Shown here: positions 56,041 to 64,000 of the stretch, piece by piece
Layout of the letters: each line of letters starts with the position of its first letter
How positions within the stretch are numbered: the stretch's first letter is position 1
DNA from: the human T2T-CHM13v2.0 reference genome, Homo sapiens
Length of the DNA stretch: 64,000 bases
Assembly (NCBI RefSeq): GCF_009914755.1
Contig: NC_060935.1
Strand: one strand, 5' to 3'
Made by a program: the position numbers and the translations under genes
Notes under the pieces: generated by a model
Databases searched by the model: none
Told to the model about the DNA's origin: nothing
Seen by the model: the letters and a program-made list of their open reading frames with translations, nothing else

Positions 56041-57109
56041 AATTAATTAATATAGTATAATGTAATAATTGATTCACAAATAAAAATGCCATTGATACAG
56101 ACCTTAGAAACTGGAACCTTGCAGAAATAGGAAGTATCTAGGGTGGGGTAAGTGACAGACTTCTCTGACAGACCCCTGCTTTACGCACTGAGTGCTCACA
56201 GAGTCGGGGTAAGGGGTTGGGGAGCAGCCAAAGGTCCTCACAGTTTGCCTCGCTTGGTGGTGGAGTCACTGCCTCACAAGCCAGGGCAAGGGCTATCAGT
56301 ACTTCAGTATACTCAGTGGTACTGTGCCCAAGGTAGAGCTTTGTCCACAAACTGGGGGCTGGGCAGAATAAGAGAGCTCTCACATCCATACTGCTCTTGC
56401 CCAGAACTTAGCCTTAGTAGTAGGTAGCTGAGTGCAGGATGATATAATCTGAAGTCTGGTTTCTCCTGAGAAGAAAACCTTTCAACTGGGAGCTGGCAGA
56501 GAAGGAATCCCGAGTTCTTCTTCACTGCAGCCATCTGGAATGGAATGTACCCCTTGCTGAGCTAGTAGTGGGGAAGGAGGAAATGCTCTTGGTTTAAATA
56601 CCACAGATTTTGCCTTTCTCAATGAATTTTTTGAGATTTTATTGAGTAGATGTTTTTTCATTTATTATTTGCCCTTGGCACGATTTCTGGACCCTTTCAA
56701 TGGTGGTTTTATAATTTTTACCAGCTTCACTGGGTTAGGGGGCCAGCAGAGCCCATGCCGCCGTGCCAGATATCAATATTTGGAATGGCTTTAAGTACAT
56801 TGGAATTACTTTCTTTTAAGAGACTGTAGAATTCTCCAATGCAACTATCTGAGCCTGCTACTTTTTGGCAAAGGGGTACAGCTCCTGAAATTTTTATCTG
56901 TGGAAATTTGTCTATTTACATTTTTTCTCTTTTCTGGGGTCAATATTGATAAGTAATAACTTCCTAGAAAATTACCTATTTGATCCAGATTTTAAACTTA
57001 TTTGCATATAATTGAGCAAAGTCATTTTAAGATTATCTTAATTTTTTCTCTGTGTGCTTATTTCTTTAGAAGCTCCTTTTTATATGTGCTTTAAGAATTA
57101 CTTAATTGT

Positions 57110-57474
<365 letters not shown>

Positions 57475-57933
57475 TTAAGATTTATTATAATCAGAATCTT
57501 AAAATTTCCATAATAATTACTGAATTTTTACTGTTCATTATGAACTTTACAGTTGTGATTTATTTAATCTTAACAACAGCCTTATGAGGTATATACTAAT
57601 AGAATCATTATTTTATGGATGAGGAGACTGAGTCACAGAGATTATGTAGCCTGTCTAATTATATACTTAGATGTCATAATTTTAACAACTTTGTTGGCTA
57701 CAAGAAATTTAAAATTATGTAAGGCTATTAAATAAATAGATCTGTTTGCTTCCTAATGTCTTAACCTAAATCACCATCTCAAAAAGTAATATAATTCTTA
57801 GTTGTCTATAACAACATATTTTAACTCATGAATTATTTCAGTGAAGATAGTAGTGGGGAAAGAGTGTTACCAAAAATTTCCTTCCTTAGCTACCAATTTA
57901 AATTTATAGTTGGCATAGGAAATTTTATTTTAA

Positions 57934-58340
57934 CCCTTTTCTCATTTACCCCGAGAATACTTGCTGGTGGTGCTTGCAGCTGTAGCATTTACCCCAAGAT
58001 AACTTTGCCAGGAAATATCTTGCTTTGATTATTATTTTTGCATTGCTCTAGTATATTGACTTTGGAAACAAAAGACATTATTCTATTTATAGCATTCTGT
58101 TTTTAGTAGTGGTATTTCCGTTTACAAAATATAGTAATTCTCAATTGCTGAAAATGTCAAATCCTAGAAGCTAGCATTCCTATGTGTGATGTTAACATAG
58201 TTCTCAAAAACAGTTTTTATATTTTATTTTCACATTGAAAATCACTCAGATTTGTTTCAGCCTCAAAGAGCATGTTTATATAAAATTAAATGAATGCAGG
58301 CAGCAAGCTACACTTTTTTTTTTTCTAAATGGGAAAAGGG
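57934..58340 (+). mobile_element. MER75 piggyBac-family MITE
   Basis: TTAA|CCCTTTTCTCATTTA ... TAAATGGGAAAAGGG|TTAA; 14/15 inverted-repeat match and TTAA TSD. Confidence 0.88.
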
Positions 58341-59074
58341 TTAAAAGAATGTTTACATTTGGAAAGTCAATGTAACAATTATGGCATTATAAAGAAAAAT
58401 TTAGAAAATGTAAAAAAAAAAAAAACCATAAATCACCACCCTAGCACTTTAGTTTTATTTTTGCCTATCACCTTCAAGTTCTTGTCCACACACATTTTTT
58501 TGTGTAGGTAGAATAATAATGTATCTTTTTTTGTATCCTGTATTTGACAAAGTGAGCTATTAAAAATTATTTTAAAAGAAGGCAGTTAAAAAATTCAAAC
58601 AAAAAATGTTCTTTGTCTTTATAATTTTCAACAGCTTTTATGTAAGTTTAAGGAGTTGTGTGAATATTTTGGCGAAGTTGGGGATACATAAAAGCACATT
58701 ACCTTTTGTTTCTGACCTCTTATGCTAGTCCTTTCATCCTAAGTATTTGTATGGAAAGGATTATTTGCCTGTAAAGTCAAGTCCAGTGGATAATTTGGTT
58801 TGAAAGCTCTTGTATAACACAATCATAGACAAAAGATTTGTTTTTCTTTATGAAGTTTGTTAATGCAATGTTTTAGTTGCATTTCTGAAATGAGAAATAA
58901 ACTAAGAAAGATAGGAATTTGAGGAATAAAAGTTTAGAGTTTCATCAGTATTAAAAAAAACTTCTCTTTAGACAAGACTGAGTAAATGTGTGTGACTACT
59001 GCCCTCTTGGGTTGGTATAAGGGACATGTATTTAAAAATAATTTGTGCTGAGATTTATCTTTCTTCTTTCAAAG

Positions 59075-59224
59075 GTGTTAAAATCATCACACAACAGGTT
59101 CAACCAAGTAAAATCTTACCCAAACCAGTGACAGCAACTCTACCCACCAGTAGCAATTCCCCTATTATGGTGGTTAGCAGTAATGGTGCAATTATGACAA
59201 CTAAACTGGTAACCACTCCTACTG
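59075..59224 (+). CDS. EMSY: EMSY exon GVKIITQQVQPSKILPKP...LVTTPT
   Basis: TTCTTTCAAAG| acceptor and CTG|GTAAGT donor; 150 nt, phase 1-1. Confidence 0.96.
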
Positions 59225-59769
59225 GTAAGTTCTCTTGAGCATCAGTTCATTTATTCATCATACATTCATCAAACAGTTTCTCTGTACCAGCAATATGCTT
59301 GACACTTGGGATATAGAGATTAATGGGACAGTTTTTCAAAGAGGCCTTTCTTGATTCTCACACCCCTACTGACTGCCCTGACGTTAACTTTCTTTTGTTA
59401 TTCTTTCTAATGATCCTTTGTTCTTTTCCTTTATAGCACTTCCCATAATTTCTTAGGTATCTAGTTGTATATTGATTTGTTTGATATTGTTCCTTTTATT
59501 GGACCATAAGCTCTGTGAGCGTAAGGGACCATATCCTTTTTATTTACCACATATATAGAGCTAGTCTGTAAGTAGGTGCTCAGTCAGGATTTGCTGAATG
59601 AATTAAAACAGTCCCAACCCACAAGGATTTCACTCTGATGAAGTTGAGAAGAGTATATGTTACATTACAGTTTAGTAAGCGTTACTGAGACTGAGGGAAG
59701 CACAGAATGGTATTGTGCCCTGATAGGCAAGCAACCAGCATATGCTGGAGGAAGTGACAGTGTTGAACA

Positions 59770-59985
59770 TTTTGGATAGTAACACTATCTAAAATGTGAC
59801 CTTGAGCAGATTACTTAATCTCTCTAAATGTTTTTCTTTGTTTATTTGTTTTTGTTTTTTTCCTTGTTTATTTAAATGGGATAATAATACCTATGCCATA
59901 ACGTTATTATAAGTACTAAATGAAATCAGGTATGTAGAAAGTCCCCGGCATAGTGCTCAATAGTTGTCACTATTAATATTATAAT
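59770..59985 (+). mobile_element. MIR fragment
   Basis: TGTGACCTTGAGCAGATTACTTAATCTCTCT...TAAATGGGATAATAATACC. Confidence 0.7.
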
Positions 59986-60260
59986 TAGCCATTACCGTTA
60001 TTTTAAATGTATGACTCTTTAACCAAACTTTTTGAGGATGGCTAGTATTTAGATGACAGAATTTAAATAGTGTAAAATGATACCTGTCTCAAGCTTATAA
60101 GCTGTCATTTATTGGCCAGTGTGTAAAGGTCATTACAGACATTGCACTTCATATCCTTTAGGCTTTATTATCTCCATTTTCAGCAACTTCCCCAAGGTCA
60201 TGTAGCCAAAAAGAGGCAGAACTGGGGATTGAACCAGTTTGACTCCAAAACCTGTGCTTT

Positions 60261-60492
60261 CTTTTGTTTTTTAAATTGCAGTAAAATATATATAACATGA
60301 AATTTACCATTTTCAAATATATAGTTCATTGGCCTTAAGTACATTCACATTGTTGTATAACCATCAACACCATCTATCTCCAAAACGTTTTCATCTTCCG
60401 AAACTGAAACTCTGTGTTCATTCAACAATAATGCTTCATTTCCCCACTTTCTGAAGTCCCTGGCATCACCATTCTACCTTCTGTCTCTATGC
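60261..60492 (-). mobile_element. Short L1MA/MB 3' end inserted in a MIR, TSD AAA(A/G)CCTGTGCTTT
   Basis: AAGTACATTCACATTGTTGTATAACCATCAACACCATC...; direct repeat at 60247-60260 and 60493-60506. Confidence 0.8.
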
Positions 60493-61830
60493 AAAGCCTG
60501 TGCTTTTAAACACTATTATTCTTTAGTATTTTTATCATACTTCCCCTAAACTTTTCTAAATAGATAACAGTGTTATGCATATATGATTCTTCATGTTATG
60601 GAAAAGTAGTGAAGAATAATATTTTGTCTATTTATGTGTCTGTGTTATAATAAGTGTTTCTTTTTTTAACAAAAACTTAATTTGAAATTTTTCCAGATGT
60701 AATTTGCCAAATTCAAACTATGTATCCATATAGCATATTTACTTTGCACTAGTTTTGTGGGTTTTTTTTTTTTTTCATTCAGATGTATGCTTATAACCAA
60801 TATAAACTAATTCTACTTATTGTTCCTCCCGTTCTCCCTTTTTGGGTAATGGTTGTATTTTTCAAAGGTGAATAACTTGGTAAAAGCATTTTTTTGGGGG
60901 GGGGGAGGAGGCGAGTATTGAAAATGGCTATCAAAGTGGTCCGTGAATTTGATTATCATGAAAGATTTCTTCAAGTGAAGATGATGTTATCTTAGTCATT
61001 TTTTTTTCATTCTCCCTAAGGCTATTGATGCTTAATTTAGGAATAGCCTTTCTGAGTTACTGGATTTGTAAGAAACTACAACAGACTCATGTAGTTAGCT
61101 TTTAATTCCTGTTTGGAGAAAAGAAAAAAGTGTTAGAAATAGTGGGGAAGGGTATAAAATCTTTTGAGACACATGAAGAAAAATAGTCTAACAGGTCTAA
61201 AGTTGAGGAAATAGGTAAATAGAGAAAATTTTAGGCTAAAGAGAAATATTCCTGGCAACTCTAGGCAGCTTTAACTTTAATCTTTACTAAAATGATAGAA
61301 TAACCAACCCTTTAAAGGTGGACGTATATTTAGAGGGTAGCAGAGTACAAAGCAATGAAAGTTTGTAAAACTTTAGGCAAACAATACTGCCTTATTTGCT
61401 CAATGCCAACATTGGGTTTGGCACTAAGACAGCATAAAACAGATGCAGAGACCTTAAAATCTATGACAGAAATATCTAAAATACTCTGGCAGGAAAGATG
61501 ATTAAATTTGTTTCTTTTGGCATAAAACTAGTAGAAGAAGGGTAGTGGAAGAAGGGAACAGAGTTAACTCTACTTTTTCTTGGGTTAGTAATTTGATGCA
61601 ACACATCACAAAATTTTATGTGTAAAATTAATTTAAATTGACTTGGCTGTAGTACTTGCTATATGTGTTGAAAACTGGCTGTAAAATTATAAATTAATGT
61701 CTTGACACCTTGAAATTCCATTTTCAAGTTATAGCAATGTAGATTATATGGAATTACAGTTAAACTGTATTAATTATCATTCTTCTGTAAGCAATGACAA
61801 GTTTTTCTTTTGGCTTTTCCCTTTCTATAG

Positions 61831-62001
61831 GCACACAAGCAACCTATACCCGGCCAACAGTGAGCCCATCCATTGGTCGGATGGCTGCAACCCCTGGAGC
61901 TGCAACCTATGTGAAAACTACGAGTGGTAGCATCATTACAGTAGTACCCAAATCATTAGCTACCTTGGGGGGCAAGATAATTAGCAGTAATATAGTTTCT
62001 G
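61831..62001 (+). CDS. EMSY: EMSY exon GTQATYTRPTVSPSIGR...SSNIVS
   Basis: TTTCTATAG| acceptor and CTG|GTAGGT donor; 171 nt, phase 1-1. Confidence 0.96.
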
Positions 62002-63854
62002 GTAGGTATATCTGAAATATGTTAAAGGTATAGGTGGCCTTCATTGAGAGGAAAAAAAAAACTTACTTCATTGAAGGATTATATTTGATCTCAATTTTTT
62101 GCTTAGAAATCTAAAGCTTTGTTTTAGTCCTTATGTTTCATGATTAAATAAAGTTTTTAGTTTTAATATTCAATATTCACATATAAAGCTTTTGATAGTT
62201 TTAAAATGGAAAGAACCTTTAGTTGCTTTTAGTCAGAGTGGAAAGATTATAGTTTAAATTTGCATAGAGATTTTTCATTTGCAAAGTATCCTTCTATTTG
62301 TCAACCTATTCAGACCCCATAACAACTCTGAGGTGGTTGCTATTGTGCTGAATTTACAAATGAAGATAGATTTGGCTTTAGAGAGATCAAATTGACCTGT
62401 CCAAGACCAATTAGAGTTAGAAAGTGGAAGAACTCTTATTTGTTCTGAATATGTTTTAGGGAACATATCTCATAATTTCAATTACTGATGTCACTTTAGT
62501 TTATTAAAAATAAAAATATTTGAATACTTTATTTGCCTTTTGCCATTTATATTAACTTTGCTTTTCAGAAATATTTTACTTTAATAGTGAAAGCCAACCA
62601 TCTGCCTATTTATTGGTATATTGAAACCATACCTGGTTTTTATTGGCTCATTAATCTCTGCAGTTCTTGGGTTGTGGACCCTAATGTGGAATGTTAAAAT
62701 GGCATCTGTTTTCATCGATTATTATTTTTAATTAAAATGATGTAAATAATCCCAGATTAAGCAAGACTGTAGACTTTAATTATCTACCATTTTTGTAGAC
62801 AAGTCATATTTTGTATGCCCCAGGTGAGTTGTTCTAACATTTTAAAGTCAAGGGATTGAAGTTCCTGGCAGTAATTTGATGTTGCTGATAACTCAGGGAG
62901 TTAAAAAAAAAGCAAAGCAGAGCATGATATTGGCATAAAGTGTTATATTTAAAGATGTTAATTTTGGCTCTACTTTTAAGTGTAAGTGAGAAAATCCGAT
63001 GTTTGCCAGACTGAGGAGGGTGAAACCAGTAGGGAAAGAATCATTGTACTCCAGCTTTTAAGAGGATACTTTAAATAACACAGTTAAAACTTAAATTGTA
63101 ATTTATTACTTGACAATATCTTTACATAGTATAAAGCACTTACTCAGTTAAACATTTGTCAAAAAGGGATCTTATATTTCATTGGGAGGTAGTTTTTTAT
63201 GACCTTAAGGATTTTTCTTTACTTATACATGAATTTATAGTTTCATATAGCTTGAAGGAATGTTTGGATGTCATGAGTCCTCTATTTTCAGACCTAATGC
63301 ATAATGTAGCTGCTTTGTACCTGGTTAGAGCAATACAAGCAAGCACATTTTCCTAAAAGCAGAGATGTCATTTGAAATTTATATATCTTATACATGTATA
63401 ATGTGTTATCCATCTTTGTATTGAATTATAAAACCATTCATGTTAGTTGCTACTTCAAGTGCATGAGTGTACATGAGTAGAGACTTTTCCAGCACTATAG
63501 GATATACTTGGCATACAGTTTAAACATACAGTTTAAACAACTTTATTCATTGTGTGGTGCTCATTATGTCTCTATCTCTGCTTCATTGACACTTTTATTC
63601 CAAAGAACTTCTTCTGGTTGCTCTAAACTGATCCTTATGTTACATCTCACTATTCTTTATAAAGACAATTTTCTTATTTTATAATATTGTTGATCCATGA
63701 TACTGGGATTATAGGTTAGTTTTAAAATCTTTCATTGCCTATTTATAGTAAACTGATAAGGCTGGTTGAATGAATTTACACAGTTTTCTGTCTTCATCCA
63801 TGAGCAGATGCTTTTTCTAGGGTCCCATCTTCCCCAAACAAAAAAGAAGTACTT

Positions 63855-64000
63855 TCTTTTTTTTTTTTTTTTTTTTTTAAGACAGAGTATCACTCTGTTG
63901 CCCAGGCCAGGGTGCAGTGGCATGATTGGCTCGTTACAGCGTCAGCCTCCTGGGCTCAAGCAATCCTGACACCTCAGCCTTCCAGGTAGCTAAGACTACA
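63855..64000 (-). mobile_element. Antisense AluJ-like element, cut by the window edge
   Basis: Poly-T followed by AGACAGAG..TGTTGCCCAGG. Confidence 0.85.

Noticed and set aside
63512-63539. CATACAGTTTAAA tandem duplication
   Set aside because: An ordinary 13-bp slippage duplication with no further structure

Overview
This is eukaryotic, Alu/L1-rich genomic DNA. It is very likely human, because it contains an AluYb8. The whole window lies inside the EMSY (C11orf30) gene on the + strand, with neither the start nor the stop codon present. Eight GT-AG coding exons splice into one continuous frame matching EMSY as I recall it: 461-502 (42-nt cassette), 3895-4070, 5645/5648-5797 (NAGNAG acceptor), 9533-9792, 18273-18549, 41904-42158, 59075-59224 and 61831-62001. 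The introns carry about 32 Alus, a near-complete Tigger4 containing an L1PA7-like element (itself containing two Alus), Tigger1, MER2, MER20, piggyBac MER75, a MER52-like ERV1 solo LTR, old L1M/L2/MIR fragments and microsatellites. Almost all other ORFs in the track are repeat-derived. I find no support for a new gene or a multi-gene system. The most unusual signals are: (1) a cluster of locally templated insertion and duplication scars at 45.5-51.2 kb; (2) re-use of one target site by an old Alu and an AluYb8 next to an exon; (3) an LTR with a duplicated core promoter; (4) small splice variants in the EMSY N-terminus. Repeat subfamily names come from recalled consensus sequences, and boundaries of old repeats are approximate.
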